Assembly: GCA_033764955.1 (NCBI GenBank)
Contig: JANRIL010000032.1
Location: 1-64,000, forward strand
Reading direction: 5' to 3'
Length of the DNA: 64,000 nt
DNA from: Cyanobacteriota bacterium
GTDB taxonomy: Bacteria > Cyanobacteriota > Cyanobacteriia > Thermostichales > Thermostichaceae
Position 1 is the stretch's first letter. Each line of letters starts with the position of its first letter. Positions 8,892 through 19,522 of the stretch are shown here, one piece after another. Under the pieces are notes generated by a model. The model saw nothing but the letters and a program-made list of their open reading frames with translations, did not search any database and was not told the origin of the DNA. Made by a program: the position numbers and the translations under genes.

Positions 8892-10208
8892 TTAAGTGTC
8901 ATCATCATCGTCGTCAGGACTGGGCTTCGGTGTGGGACTAGGGGTAAGTGTGGGACTAGGGGTAAGTGTGGGGCTAGGAGTAGGTGTGGGGCTAGGAGTA
9001 GGTGTGGGTGCTGGAGTAGGTGTGGGGGTGGGAGTAGGCGTGGGTGATGGGGTGGGCGTGGGTGTCGGGGTAGAACCAGATGGGATCCCGCCGGAAACGT
9101 TCTGTTCTAGCAGACCCAATGAGGTATCAAAGGTATTACTGCTTTCATAGAAGGTGACCAGAGAATTGGGGGAATCAGGAGCCGTAATAATGCCAATGCC
9201 GGAGCGATCCCCTGTACCAAGGAAGGTATTATTGCGAATATCTCGTTCTTGCGTACCTGCCAGAATTTGGATCCCAGCACTACCCTCAGGAGATCCAACC
9301 AATAAAGTATTATCAACGATGGCGGGAATAGAGGTTTCAGCCAGGAGTTGAACACCAATGGTCGGAAAGTCTGCCATTTTTCCTGTTCTAACTTCGGCTT
9401 CTTGCGCTCCATCAATCGTGTTTCCTTGAACGGATCCCCCTGTGTTTTCGGCAAATTTTATCCCTACGATCTCAGCTAAGGATGCTAGCTGAATATTGCT
9501 GTTTTGAATAAACGGATTACTCCCTGAGTTAACCTCAATGGCTACAGATCCAGCCTTCGCCAATTCATGGCTAACCTCCAGATTGTCAAGAGTTCCTGAT
9601 GCATTGATAACAATACAACTATTTGCAAAATTTCGACAATTGATCAGTAAATTAAGAAGTTGGCTGAGGGAGGATCCCTGAAGATTAATTTGAGATTGCT
9701 CAGAGTCAACAGTAATTGTTGAGCCAATTAACTGCCCTCCCGTTAGCAATAACTTTCCTCCCTGCTGTAGATTAATAGCAATGTCTTTTACATCCGTTTG
9801 AGCAGGCAGGATCAAGTCGGCCAACTGGGTTGTAATCTGATAAGTCTGCCCCAAACCTCCCTCGGAAGTTGCTATAGAAATTTTGCCGCCATTGGTTCCA
9901 TTGCCACCATCCAAACTAAGAGTAGAAGCAAGGGTTTCACTACCAGGGTTAATGATATCAATCAAAACCTCTAGGTTAGGTGTTGCGTTCTGTTGTCGAT
10001 CGGCCTCATTAATGGCCTCGGTTAGTTGGCGAATTGGTCCATTAATGGGATCAACAATAATTCGTGATGAGGGGGGGGAATCTATTCCGGTTAACGAACT
10101 GCCACCACCGGAAGCGCAACTACTGGCCATCAGAACAATCATTATCATTACAGCATTTGCCGTACTAAATCTTGCCCAGGAAAAGCAGGGTCGCAAAGAT
10201 AGAAGCAT
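8892..10208 (-). CDS. Putative surface lipoprotein with beta-helix-like body and C-terminal Pro-Thr tail
   Basis: Hydrophobic N-terminus ending in lipobox-like LMASSC; I/N/G-rich repeats (GNTI, DNTL, NNTF, SNTF); (PT)n tail ending DDDDDDT. Confidence 0.65.
   Translation of the reverse strand: MLLSLRPCFSWARFSTANAVMIMIVLMASSCASGGGSSLTGIDSPPSSRIIVDPINGPIRQLTEAINEADRQQNATPNLEVLIDIINPGSETLASTLSLDGGNGTNGGKISIATSEGGLGQTYQITTQLADLILPAQTDVKDIAINLQQGGKLLLTGGQLIGSTITVDSEQSQINLQGSSLSQLLNLLINCRNFANSCIVINASGTLDNLEVSHELAKAGSVAIEVNSGSNPFIQNSNIQLASLAEIVGIKFAENTGGSVQGNTIDGAQEAEVRTGKMADFPTIGVQLLAETSIPAIVDNTLLVGSPEGSAGIQILAGTQERDIRNNTFLGTGDRSGIGIITAPDSPNSLVTFYESSNTFDTSLGLLEQNVSGGIPSGSTPTPTPTPSPTPTPTPTPTPAPTPTPSPTPTPSPTLTPSPTLTPSPTPKPSPDDDDDDT
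8916..9072 (-). repeat. Coding tandem repeat (6/18-nt units) encoding PTPTPS
   Basis: GGGGTAAGTGTGGG(A/G)CTA at 8941-8976, with related GGAGTAGGTGTGGGG units adjacent. Confidence 0.85.
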
Positions 10209-10339
10209 AAAAACCTAACCGTTTTTGATCAGCATAGAAACTGACTTTAACATCAAACCAAACTCTTGCCGTGAGTGTCTCATGGACTCTAAATATAACT
10301 CCAAATATGAAGACATTGAAAAAACTAGGTGAGCACTAG

Positions 10340-11116
10340 CTATTCCTCAAGGGTGGCTGCCACCAAGCTAGCCACTACCATTGGGGCGGTAACCGCTCGT
10401 AAAATCCGCGATCCCAAAGAAATAGGTTGTGCCCCTTGCTCGATGGCTAGTTCTACCTCCTGCTCCGTCCAGCCTCCCTCAGGCCCAATTAGCACGGTCA
10501 GGTGGTGGAGGGATCCCTGGCTAAGGGTTGCCTGTAAAAACCTCAACAGAGGGGGAGCAGGGCGACGGGTCACCGCCATCCAGATGGGGGAAGAGGGAGC
10601 TTTGGCTTTTATGCTGGCCAGCCATCCTACTAGCTCCGCTTGGGGGGGATCCACCTCTGGGATCCGTAGCCGTTCCGACTGTTCAGCAGCTTCGCGGACA
10701 ATTTTTTGCCATCGTTGCCACTTGTGAGCTGCTGGATCTACGAGGGTTCGAGCCGTTAAGAGGGGAGTGAAGTGGGATACTCCCAATTCCGTGAGGGAGC
10801 GCAAACTGTCATCAAACCCATTTCCCTTCAAAACCGCCAACCCTAGGTGAAGCGAGATAGGCAGTTCCCGAGATGGAATGACAAGGGGCTGTACTGGCAT
10901 TGGAGCCTGCCTCGGCTGAGCAGACAGACAAACCCGCCATGCCTGACCAGAACCATCAAAGACCAAAAAGGGATCCCCCTGCCGCAAGCGCCGCACATGC
11001 TGAAGATAGTGAGCTTGTCCATCCGTCAAGACCACTTGCTCGGCTTGGATCTGGCTAGGCTCAATAGCTAGACGCGGTAGAGCATCTAAGCGGCTCGCAC
11101 ATTCAGACAACACCAT
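10340..11116 (-). CDS. rsmE: 16S rRNA m3U1498 methyltransferase RsmE
   Basis: HYLQHVRRLR, TELGV, EAAEQSER, IGPEGGW, SLGSRILRAVTA. Start uncertain because it overlaps prmA. Confidence 0.93.
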   Translation of the reverse strand: MVLSECASRLDALPRLAIEPSQIQAEQVVLTDGQAHYLQHVRRLRQGDPFLVFDGSGQAWRVCLSAQPRQAPMPVQPLVIPSRELPISLHLGLAVLKGNGFDDSLRSLTELGVSHFTPLLTARTLVDPAAHKWQRWQKIVREAAEQSERLRIPEVDPPQAELVGWLASIKAKAPSSPIWMAVTRRPAPPLLRFLQATLSQGSLHHLTVLIGPEGGWTEQEVELAIEQGAQPISLGSRILRAVTAPMVVASLVAATLEE

Positions 11117-12054
11117 TCTTTTTGCTTCCAGAGAGCCGCCACTACCCAATCGTTTGCCTCTAGCGTCTCCGCCACAAATTTAGCCTGTTCCACCAAAATA
11201 CCGCTGAGGATCAGCCAACCATTCTCCTTGACCACCAACTTAAACTCAGGGATCATATCGAGGATAGTATCCGCAAGAATGTTACATACTAGACCATCCA
11301 CCATCTCTGGGACATGCTCTAGACTGCCCTGAAAAACCTCAATCTTGTCGGTCAGGTGATTGTGATCACGGTTGTAGAGACTGGCTTCTACAGCTAAAGG
11401 ATCCGTATCCACGGCATAGACTTTGTTCGCTCCCAAAAGCGCCGCTGCCACCGCTAAAATCCCGGATCCACAGCCGATGTCAGCGACTGTGATGGGAGTT
11501 TTTTCTTCGCCCCAGTTATCCAAGCGCATCTCCAAAGCTTCCATACAAAGCTGAGTGGTGGGATGAGTGCCGGTGCCAAAGGCCATCCCAGGATTGATCC
11601 ACAACAGATGCCGGTTGGGGTGGGGGGGAGGTTCTAGCCAGGCTGGACAGATTAGCAAGTGATCCCCAATCTCTTGGGGATGCCAGTGGGCTTTCCAGCT
11701 ACTTGACCAATCCTCTGACTCTAGGCGTTCCCAACGCACTTGTGGCGCAGGAAATCCAGCCAATAAAGCATCTTGCCGTAACTGGAGGGCGAGGGCGGCC
11801 AAATCCAAAAGGGTCATCTTGGCGAAAGGAATATAGGCATGAACCTGTAGATGATCCCCGCGCCCTTCACTGGTCATTCCCTGGCAGCCCATGGTCTCTA
11901 GCCGCCAAAACACCAAATCTTCCTGATCCGGTGTCATAGTCAGGGAAATATCCCACCAAGGAGTGTTGAGATTTGCCGTAAGCCCTGCTGGGACAGTTGC
12001 CAATTCGGAAGCAGATGGACTCACACTCTTGCCTGATGAAGAACAGCCGTTCAT
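11086..12054 (-). CDS. prmA: Ribosomal protein L11 methyltransferase
   Basis: NPGMAFGTGTHPTT, DIGCGSGIL, CNILA, LILSGIL. Confidence 0.95.
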   Translation of the reverse strand: MNGCSSSGKSVSPSASELATVPAGLTANLNTPWWDISLTMTPDQEDLVFWRLETMGCQGMTSEGRGDHLQVHAYIPFAKMTLLDLAALALQLRQDALLAGFPAPQVRWERLESEDWSSSWKAHWHPQEIGDHLLICPAWLEPPPHPNRHLLWINPGMAFGTGTHPTTQLCMEALEMRLDNWGEEKTPITVADIGCGSGILAVAAALLGANKVYAVDTDPLAVEASLYNRDHNHLTDKIEVFQGSLEHVPEMVDGLVCNILADTILDMIPEFKLVVKENGWLILSGILVEQAKFVAETLEANDWVVAALWKQKEWCCLNVRAA

Positions 12055-12454
12055 TAAGCTTAACCTTCTCGGTAGCGTTTACAGGGATGAATTTTGACTT
12101 CACGATTGTGGAGCCGTTCTGGAGCCGTTTGGGCATAATCTAAAGCAGAGGGATCCAGCGTGGGGTGATGAGGGTAGGGATCCGTGAGTTTTTCCATTGA
12201 CTTCAGCCCAATGGTCTGGCAACCCCAGCACAGCTTAGAAAACTATCCATAACTTTATCCTTAAGTTTTGAACATAGACTTTCTATTCCTATGGGTTGTC
12301 ATGCACTCCAAAGCTATCGGGATCCCTGGAGGGTATCGGGAAGAACGGCAGACGAAGTTCTAACCCGTACTCAGGACAACGGCTAGGGGGCTTAGGATGA
12401 GAGCGGAGAAGGCTAATAATCAGGCTGAATAACAGCCGCATCAGGAGAGAAGGG

Positions 12455-13198
12455 ATGGTGGCGAATTTAGATACACAAGCTTTGCGGGTTAGCAATCGCT
12501 CGGCGTTGATGCGGCGCTTTAACCAAAGCTTCCCATCCTTTTATAGTCAATTTGTTAGTAGTGAGGTGCAGGCTCAGAATCTCCGGTTGGCCTATACCCT
12601 CTATCAAACTCGTAAGGCTGTTGTCCAGATGAGCGATGAGCGCAACAAGACTATTCTCTCGTTTGCCTATCGCAATCAGTCCCATTTGTTAGCCGATTTG
12701 TTTGGAGTATTAACGGCCTTTAATTTGGGCATTCATGGCATTAATCTCTATGGACAAATTTATGCTCCCCACTTAATGTTTACCCGCCTCAGTCTGACTC
12801 GTAATGATGTTGCTTTATCCCCCCAAACCAAAACCAATCTGGAGCGAGCCATTCATGAAGTATTAGCCGAAGTTTTCCCCGTTCACGAGACTCTGGCTTT
12901 AGAATTTAATATGAATCAAGGGTTAAATCAGGCTAGGGTTCACTATTATTTTGATCAGGTTTTTCACTTGCCGGCTGTTTTGATCGATGCCGATACGCAA
13001 CCGGGACTATTCTATAAAGTGATGGTTGCCCTCTGGAAAGAAGATTTGACGGTGGTTAACCTCAACCTGGTGGTTCGTCGAGAACAAACCCGTATGATCT
13101 TTTATTTGTTGGGGCCAAATGCTTCTATCTCTATCCCCGACTATGTAGGACAAAAAATTGTCGCCAATCTCCGTACTCGTTTGGGGGCACAGGCATAA
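12455..13198 (+). CDS. Conserved hypothetical protein with two ACT-like domains
   Basis: YRNQSHLLADLFGVL and DTQPGLFYKVMVAL resemble the tandem ACT domains at the C-terminus of GlnD. Confidence 0.6.
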   Translation: MVANLDTQALRVSNRSALMRRFNQSFPSFYSQFVSSEVQAQNLRLAYTLYQTRKAVVQMSDERNKTILSFAYRNQSHLLADLFGVLTAFNLGIHGINLYGQIYAPHLMFTRLSLTRNDVALSPQTKTNLERAIHEVLAEVFPVHETLALEFNMNQGLNQARVHYYFDQVFHLPAVLIDADTQPGLFYKVMVALWKEDLTVVNLNLVVRREQTRMIFYLLGPNASISIPDYVGQKIVANLRTRLGAQA

Positions 13199-13229
13199 CC
13201 CTTGCCTCCGATTAGATTGGTTAAGACGT

Positions 13230-14507
13230 TTAATTCTGAGTTTTTTGGGCTAGGTATTGATTGACTGTGTTGAGGTCTTTGTCTCCCCGACCGGAGCAGT
13301 TGACAACGATGCGATGGTCAGACGGAAGCTGCGGAGCTAAAGTCTTCAAATAGGCCAGGGCATGGGAGGTTTCCAGTGCAGGGATGATGCCTTCTAGGCG
13401 AGATAGTAACAGTAGCGCCTCTACCGCTTCAGCATCGGTGATGCTATAGTACTCAGCCCGACCGATGTCTTTCAAATAACAGTGTTCGGGGCCAACGCCG
13501 GGATAATCCAGACCAGCACTGATGGAGTGAGCCTCCTGAACTTGTCCCTCGTCGTCTTGGAGGAGGTAGCTCATGGCTCCATGCAAAACCCCCACTCGAC
13601 CACGGGTGAGAGTGGCGGCGTGGCGATGCGTGTGCAACCCTTCCCCCGCTGCTTCAATACCGATTAAGCGCACCTCTGGCTGATGGACAAACTCGTTGAA
13701 TAGTCCCAGGGCATTGGATCCTCCTCCCACGCAAGCCAACAAAACATCCGGCAATCCGCCCCACCGTTCTTGGCATTGCTGGCGGGTTTCTCGGCCAATC
13801 ACGTCGTGAAAGGCGCGCACCAGCATCGGATAGGGGTGGGGGCCTGCTACCGTACCAATAATGTAGTGAGTGGTTTCTACCGTTGTCACCCAATCCCGAA
13901 TGGCTTCGGAGAGGGCATCTTTGAGGGTTTTGGTGCCCGATTCCACCGCAACCACTTCTGCCCCCAGCAGGCGCATCCGTTGTACATTAGGAGCCTGTCG
14001 CTCGATATCCAAAGCTCCCATATAAATGACACACTCCAGCCCAAAACGGGCGCAAACGGTGGCCGTGGCGACGCCATGTTGTCCCGCTCCGGTTTCGGCA
14101 ATAATCCGTTTCTTGCCCATTTTGAGAGCCAAGAGAGCCTGCCCAAGGGCGTTGTTGATTTTGTGAGCGCCCGTATGGTTGAGGTCTTCTCGCTTCAGAT
14201 AAATTTGGGATCCCTGAAAGTGCTGGGTGAGACGCTCGGCAAAATAAAGGGGGCTGGGGCGTCCGACAAAATCACGCAGGAGCAGGGCGAGCTCAGCCTG
14301 AAAGTCCTCCTCAGCCATATAGGTTTGGAAGGCAGTCTCTAGCTCCTGCAAAGCTCCCATCAAGGTCTCGGGAACATACTTCCCTCCAAATTGACCAAAT
14401 CGACCGTGGGCATCAGGGCGGGGGGCGGTCAGGGAGAAGGGGGCTAACGGAAGAGTTGGCGTCACGCAAAAAACCTGGAAATCGACAGAAGCAAGAGAGG
14501 GTGTCAA
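13230..14507 (-). CDS. trpB: Tryptophan synthase beta chain
   Basis: [53 protein letters not shown]. Start may be GTG at 14465. Confidence 0.97.
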   Translation of the reverse strand: MTPSLASVDFQVFCVTPTLPLAPFSLTAPRPDAHGRFGQFGGKYVPETLMGALQELETAFQTYMAEEDFQAELALLLRDFVGRPSPLYFAERLTQHFQGSQIYLKREDLNHTGAHKINNALGQALLALKMGKKRIIAETGAGQHGVATATVCARFGLECVIYMGALDIERQAPNVQRMRLLGAEVVAVESGTKTLKDALSEAIRDWVTTVETTHYIIGTVAGPHPYPMLVRAFHDVIGRETRQQCQERWGGLPDVLLACVGGGSNALGLFNEFVHQPEVRLIGIEAAGEGLHTHRHAATLTRGRVGVLHGAMSYLLQDDEGQVQEAHSISAGLDYPGVGPEHCYLKDIGRAEYYSITDAEAVEALLLLSRLEGIIPALETSHALAYLKTLAPQLPSDHRIVVNCSGRGDKDLNTVNQYLAQKTQN

Positions 14508-14683
14508 GGACGTTTTCCCATGATCCGTGATCTTTCCAATTCCGTAAAGACGCTCACTCCTATCCCAACGCTCACTTTTGTTATCAATCTTTACCTCTTG
14601 CAGCTAAAATTGACTGACGCAGCAAGGCTTCTCCCCTGGTAGCATGATCCCAAAGATCATCTTAATTTCGGGAGTGGTTAGCC

Positions 14684-15064
14684 TTGTTAACTCAGACTGA
14701 CCTGTTTAATCATCCTTTTTTGCATCCTACTCCTTTTGTTTTGGTGGATTTTAGTGCCCCGTGGTGTGGATTGTGTCGCTACGTTCAGCCAATAACTAGC
14801 CGGATGGCGGAAGAATGGGGTGGATCCCTGAGCGTAGTGCGGGTGAATGCGGATCAAGATTTCTTGTTAGCTCACCACTATCGCATCAGAACCTTGCCGA
14901 CCTTGCTCCTGCTGCGGGACGGGGTGGAGATAGAGCGCCTCAGCCATTTTTCTAGCCGTGAGGATTTGATCCATCGCTGTGAAACCTTGATTCTCAAACA
15001 CCTGTACCCTTCATCGATGGTTGCCCCGCCTCAAGAAGCTTATCAAAGGGTGATGGAGGAATAG
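14684..15064 (+). CDS. trxC: Thioredoxin, cyanobacterial TrxC type
   Basis: DFSAPWCGLC active site (WCGLC is characteristic of TrxC) and the LPTL cis-Pro motif. Confidence 0.75.
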   Translation: MLTQTDLFNHPFLHPTPFVLVDFSAPWCGLCRYVQPITSRMAEEWGGSLSVVRVNADQDFLLAHHYRIRTLPTLLLLRDGVEIERLSHFSSREDLIHRCETLILKHLYPSSMVAPPQEAYQRVMEE

Positions 15065-15216
15065 GGAGGATCACGAGTGTTTCCGACCCTATGGGTGCCT
15101 TGCTTCTGAAATGGCTGAGGAATTACTGAATGAATTACTAAAGATGGGCTGAAGTTTTGGGGTCAGAGGGGAAATTACTCCTACCATGATCACGATATGT
15201 CATCGGGATCCCAGGT

Positions 15217-16950
15217 ATGTCGGTTCGCCCATCTCTAGAGCCTATTCGATATGATCTCCTGTTGGTAGGGGGCAGTTCATCGAATCTAGTTTTGGCACAC
15301 CGCCTCCTGGATCTGGCTCGATTGAGTGGGCTGAAGCTATCGATTGCCCTAGTCGAGAAAGCTCCCCAGTTTGGATCCCATATTGTGAGTGGGGCGATTA
15401 CCAACCCGCATATCATCGCCAAGCTGTTTCCTGACTATCAAAGCAATGGCTTTCCCATCGAGGGATCCGTGACCGCCAACCACCTCAGCGTCTTGGGATC
15501 CCAGGAGAAGTGGGATTTACCGGAAGCGATGGTGCCCAAAGGCTTTCAGAAGGTAGGGCAGGTGATTCTCAGCCTCAGCCATGTGGTGCGCTGGTTAGCC
15601 GAGCAACTGCTGGAAAAAGCCAAAGGGATCCCTTCTATCACCCTCGATTTGTTCCCAGGTTTCGCCGCCCAGGAAATTTTGTATGAAGGGGAGCGGGTGA
15701 TTGGAGCCAGGGTCAGTCAATCGGGATCCCTAAGCGAGGATGCCATTTTTGCAGACTATACCTGCTTCGGGGACAAAGGATTTATTTCCAAAGATTTGGT
15801 CGAAAAATTTCACCTACGTCCGAACCCGCAACTCTGGTCGGTTGGGGTCAAAGAAGTCTGGCAAGTGGACGGTGACTATCAAGGGCAAGTGTGGCATACG
15901 CTGGGCTATCCGGTGTTGGATGGCAGTTTTAGCGGCGGATTTGTCTATGGACTGGCGGATCGGCGCTTGGCAGTAGGGTTAATTATCGGGTTGGACAGCC
16001 AAAACCCCAATCTTAATCCTCAGCAGCGGTTGCAGGAGTTTAAGGGGCATCCTTGGATAGCCGGATTGTTGGCGGGAGGCAAATTGCTCAAGTATGGGGC
16101 GGCAGTTATCCCTGAGGGAGGCTACTACAGTTTACCCAGCCGCTTTCAAGTGGAGGGGGCTTTGCTCTTGGGGGATGCGCTGGGGGTTTTGGATGTGGGC
16201 AGTCTGTCGGGGGTGGACAAAGCCATGGAAACGGGCTACATCGCTGCCAATTTGCTGCACGATGCTTTTCTACAAGCCAACTTTGGTTTGATGGAGCAAT
16301 ATCAGCCTCAGGTGATGGAGGGATTGGTTGGGCAAGCTCTCTATCAAAGTCGTTATTTCCGCGAAGCTTTTTTGGAAAACTCTAACCTCTTGTCGGAGTA
16401 TTTACCGACGGTGTGCAGCAGTGTGGATCAAGGGCATCCTTGGTTGGGCAGCTTGAAGTTTGGCTTGGCAAAACCCCTGCAACGCTCCGTCGAAACCTGG
16501 CGTGCCCTCCGTTTGATCACAGGGCAAGTGACCACTACGGATCCGGTGCAGTATGAGGATTGCCACGCCCGCATCCAGCCAAACTTTCAGCCTAGCTATT
16601 CCGCTAGCAGCCCTAACATCAGCCAATCTGCCACCTTTTATGCTCGTCAGGATGCGGTTTTCTTTGCCAATCCCCGCTATCACGAGGGTAACCATCACAT
16701 TCAGGAATGGAGTGGGGAAATCTGTCGGCAGTGCATCGCCACCTACGACAAGCTGAATCGCCCAACTCCCTGTATCGCCGATTGCACGGCGGAGGTACAT
16801 CGAGTCACTCAACTGGAAGGGATCCGCTATCACGCCATGTCGTTGGAAAATTGCATTCAATGCCGAACTTGTGAAATTGTCTGTCCTCACCTGAATCTGC
16901 GCGTGAATCCCAGCTATGAGGGATCCGGCCCCGATTTCTTTGGTCTCTAG
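15217..16950 (+). CDS. ETF-quinone oxidoreductase-like flavoprotein (FixC-like) fused to a FixX-like ferredoxin
   Basis: EKAPQFGSHIVSGA, FPGFAA, VGVKEVW, HTLGYP, YGAAVIPEGG, LLGDA; C-terminal CRQC..PCIADC..NCIQCRTCEIVCP..GSGPDF. Confidence 0.8.
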   Translation: MSVRPSLEPIRYDLLLVGGSSSNLVLAHRLLDLARLSGLKLSIALVEKAPQFGSHIVSGAITNPHIIAKLFPDYQSNGFPIEGSVTANHLSVLGSQEKWDLPEAMVPKGFQKVGQVILSLSHVVRWLAEQLLEKAKGIPSITLDLFPGFAAQEILYEGERVIGARVSQSGSLSEDAIFADYTCFGDKGFISKDLVEKFHLRPNPQLWSVGVKEVWQVDGDYQGQVWHTLGYPVLDGSFSGGFVYGLADRRLAVGLIIGLDSQNPNLNPQQRLQEFKGHPWIAGLLAGGKLLKYGAAVIPEGGYYSLPSRFQVEGALLLGDALGVLDVGSLSGVDKAMETGYIAANLLHDAFLQANFGLMEQYQPQVMEGLVGQALYQSRYFREAFLENSNLLSEYLPTVCSSVDQGHPWLGSLKFGLAKPLQRSVETWRALRLITGQVTTTDPVQYEDCHARIQPNFQPSYSASSPNISQSATFYARQDAVFFANPRYHEGNHHIQEWSGEICRQCIATYDKLNRPTPCIADCTAEVHRVTQLEGIRYHAMSLENCIQCRTCEIVCPHLNLRVNPSYEGSGPDFFGL

Positions 16951-16997
16951 GGTTGACCAACCACAACTTCACCGCAGGCAGTGCTGACTAGGGAGAC

Positions 16998-17882
16998 ATG
17001 ACAGGCAAAATTTTGGATGGCAAAGCTCTCGCCCAACGAATGCAAGAGCAGTTGCGGCAACAGATTGATCAACGGATCCCGCAGGTCGGTCGCCCACCCG
17101 GTCTAGCGGTATTGATGGTGGGAGATCACCCGGCTAGCCAAGCCTATGTGCGGGGCAAAGAAGCAGCCTGTCAACGGGTGGGCATGGCCTCCTTTGGGCA
17201 ACATTTCCCGGCAGAAACCCCTGCTAGCGATTTGTTAGCCACCATTGCCCGCCTGAATCGGGATCCCTTGGTGGACGGCATTTTGGTGCAGTTGCCCCTG
17301 CCGGATCCCTTGGATAGCACCCACCTTCTGCTCAGCATTGATCCCGATAAAGATGTGGATGGGCTGCATCCCGTCAACCTGGGACGACTGGTGCGGGGAG
17401 AAGAGGGCTTACGCAGTTGCACTCCCTATGGTGTCATGGAAATCTTACGGGAGGCAGGGATCCCCTTGGTGGGTCAAGAGGTGGTGGTGGTGGGGCGGAG
17501 TATTTTGGTGGGGAAACCCGTCAGTTTGATGTTACAGGCGGCGGATGCCACCGTCACCATGGCTCATTCCCGCAGCCGCAATCTGGCGACCATCACTCGC
17601 CGTGCGGATATTTTGGTAGCTGCCGTCGGCAAACCCCAGTTGATCACCGCTGAGATGGTCAAGCCTGGTGCCGTGGTGATTGATGTTGGCATTAACCGTT
17701 TGGAAACGGTGTCCGGCAAACCTCAGTTGGTAGGGGATGTAGATTTTGAGGGGGTCAAGGCCATCGCCTCCGCGATTACCCCGGTTCCAGGGGGGGTAGG
17801 ACCGATGACGGTGACGATGCTGCTTATCAATACCTTCCGCAGTTATTGCCAGCGAGCGGGGATCCCTTACGATAACCGATAA
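16998..17882 (+). CDS. folD: Methylenetetrahydrofolate dehydrogenase/cyclohydrolase
   Basis: [42 protein letters not shown]. Confidence 0.97.
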   Translation: MTGKILDGKALAQRMQEQLRQQIDQRIPQVGRPPGLAVLMVGDHPASQAYVRGKEAACQRVGMASFGQHFPAETPASDLLATIARLNRDPLVDGILVQLPLPDPLDSTHLLLSIDPDKDVDGLHPVNLGRLVRGEEGLRSCTPYGVMEILREAGIPLVGQEVVVVGRSILVGKPVSLMLQAADATVTMAHSRSRNLATITRRADILVAAVGKPQLITAEMVKPGAVVIDVGINRLETVSGKPQLVGDVDFEGVKAIASAITPVPGGVGPMTVTMLLINTFRSYCQRAGIPYDNR

Positions 17883-18083
17883 ATTAGCAGGCAACGACGG
17901 GAGTTTCCTCTGCCCTGTCTACGCTTTGATCTGGCTCCGTTCCCATGGCAGCCCAGCCCAGCCGAATCGATTAGTTAACATTTATTGAGCTTCAGTGATA
18001 TTCTGGGTTGCGGCTGTCCACAACTTTTCTTGAGTCGATGTCGAGTTATCAGGTAGGCGGATATCCTCAATCACCGAACCAGC

Positions 18084-19370
18084 ATGGAACTTTCCCCCCG
18101 TCATTTACCCCAGCAAGGTCAAATCAAACAGTGGTTATGGGCTTGGAAAGAATTTGATGGGGGTTTATTGTGCACTATTCTTGCCCTGACTGGCATCGGG
18201 ATTTTGGCGATCTACAGCACAGGTAGCGATCATGTCTACTGGATCCAGCAAATGGTGATGGCTGGGATAGGAATAGTTCTTCTGTTTATACTGGCTCGCT
18301 GCCCCTATGAGCATGGGCTGCGTTGGCACTGGCTGATCTACGGATTGACGCTCCTCATGTTAATTGCCGTCATGTTTGTGGGCACAGCAGGGGGCGGGGC
18401 AGAACGCTGGATTATGCTGGGATCCGTACAGGTGCAACCCTCCGAGTTTGCCAAAATCGGCGTGATCATCACCCTTGCCGCCGTTTTACACCATTGGCCG
18501 ATCAAATATTTCAGCCAGGTTTGGGTCGCTGTTTCGGTGATTGCTCCCCCTTGGGTCTTGATTTTTTTACAGCCGAATTTGGGCACAGCCATGGTATTTG
18601 TGGTGATCTTGCTGGCGATGCTCTATTGGGCTGGAGCTAAAGGCAGTTGGATTCTTCTACTGATATCTCCACTCGTCGGGGCTATTCTTTACGGCATTCA
18701 TACTAAAGAGAACCTAAGTTGGATGGTCTGGATTTGGTTGCTTTGGTGTATCGGCATGGCTAGCCTAGCGGCATGGCGCTTGCCGTGGGGGCGGGTGGGA
18801 GCACTGACTTTTGGGGCGCTCAATCTTCTTTCCGGTCAACTGGGGCAATTGATTTGGCAAGTCCTGAAGCCCTATCAGCAAAAACGACTGCTGATCTTCA
18901 CCGATCCCAGTCAGGATCCCCTCGGTTCGGGCTATCACCTGATTCAGTCTCGCATCGCTATTGGGGCAGGAGGGCTGTGGGGGCAGGGGTTGCAAAAAGG
19001 TACACAAACCCAGCTCGATTTTATTCCTGAACAGCATACTGATTTTATCTTTTCGGCAGTGGCAGAGGAGTTCGGATTTTTTGGCACAGTGACGGTGTTG
19101 GTGTTGCTGTGGATCCTTTGTTTTCGGTTAATTGTGATTGCTCAAAATGCCAAAGATAATTTTGGATCCTTGATTGCTGTTGGAGTATTGGCGATGATTT
19201 TCTTTCAAGCGATTGTCAACATTGGCATGACTGTTGGATTAGCGCCGATCACGGGTTTACCTCTCCCTTTTCTCAGCTATGGGCGATCGGCCCTACTGAC
19301 CAATTTTATTGCGATAGGGTTAGTAGAATCCGTAGCCATGCATCGTCAACGCACAACTTTCTTTACGTGA
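18084..19370 (+). CDS. rodA: Rod shape-determining SEDS protein RodA
   Basis: QPSEFAK, QPNLGT, GYHLIQSRIAIGAGG, PEQHTDFIFS, PITGLPLPFLSYG. Confidence 0.93.
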   Translation: MELSPRHLPQQGQIKQWLWAWKEFDGGLLCTILALTGIGILAIYSTGSDHVYWIQQMVMAGIGIVLLFILARCPYEHGLRWHWLIYGLTLLMLIAVMFVGTAGGGAERWIMLGSVQVQPSEFAKIGVIITLAAVLHHWPIKYFSQVWVAVSVIAPPWVLIFLQPNLGTAMVFVVILLAMLYWAGAKGSWILLLISPLVGAILYGIHTKENLSWMVWIWLLWCIGMASLAAWRLPWGRVGALTFGALNLLSGQLGQLIWQVLKPYQQKRLLIFTDPSQDPLGSGYHLIQSRIAIGAGGLWGQGLQKGTQTQLDFIPEQHTDFIFSAVAEEFGFFGTVTVLVLLWILCFRLIVIAQNAKDNFGSLIAVGVLAMIFFQAIVNIGMTVGLAPITGLPLPFLSYGRSALLTNFIAIGLVESVAMHRQRTTFFT

Positions 19371-19522
19371 GAAGTTTATATTTCTCTGGTTTAGGAAAAT
19401 TCTTCTATAGCCCTAAAAAGAGGGATCCCCTTTTTGGACTCACTAGCCTCTGTTTAGGGGGCAAGGTGGCTAAGGGATCCCTTGATTTCGGCTACGGAAC
19501 TAAGTGTTATCTCATGTTAAGT

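Noticed and set aside
8896..9150. Gly-Val repeat ORF on the plus strand
   Set aside because: Antisense shadow of the Pro-Thr repeat.
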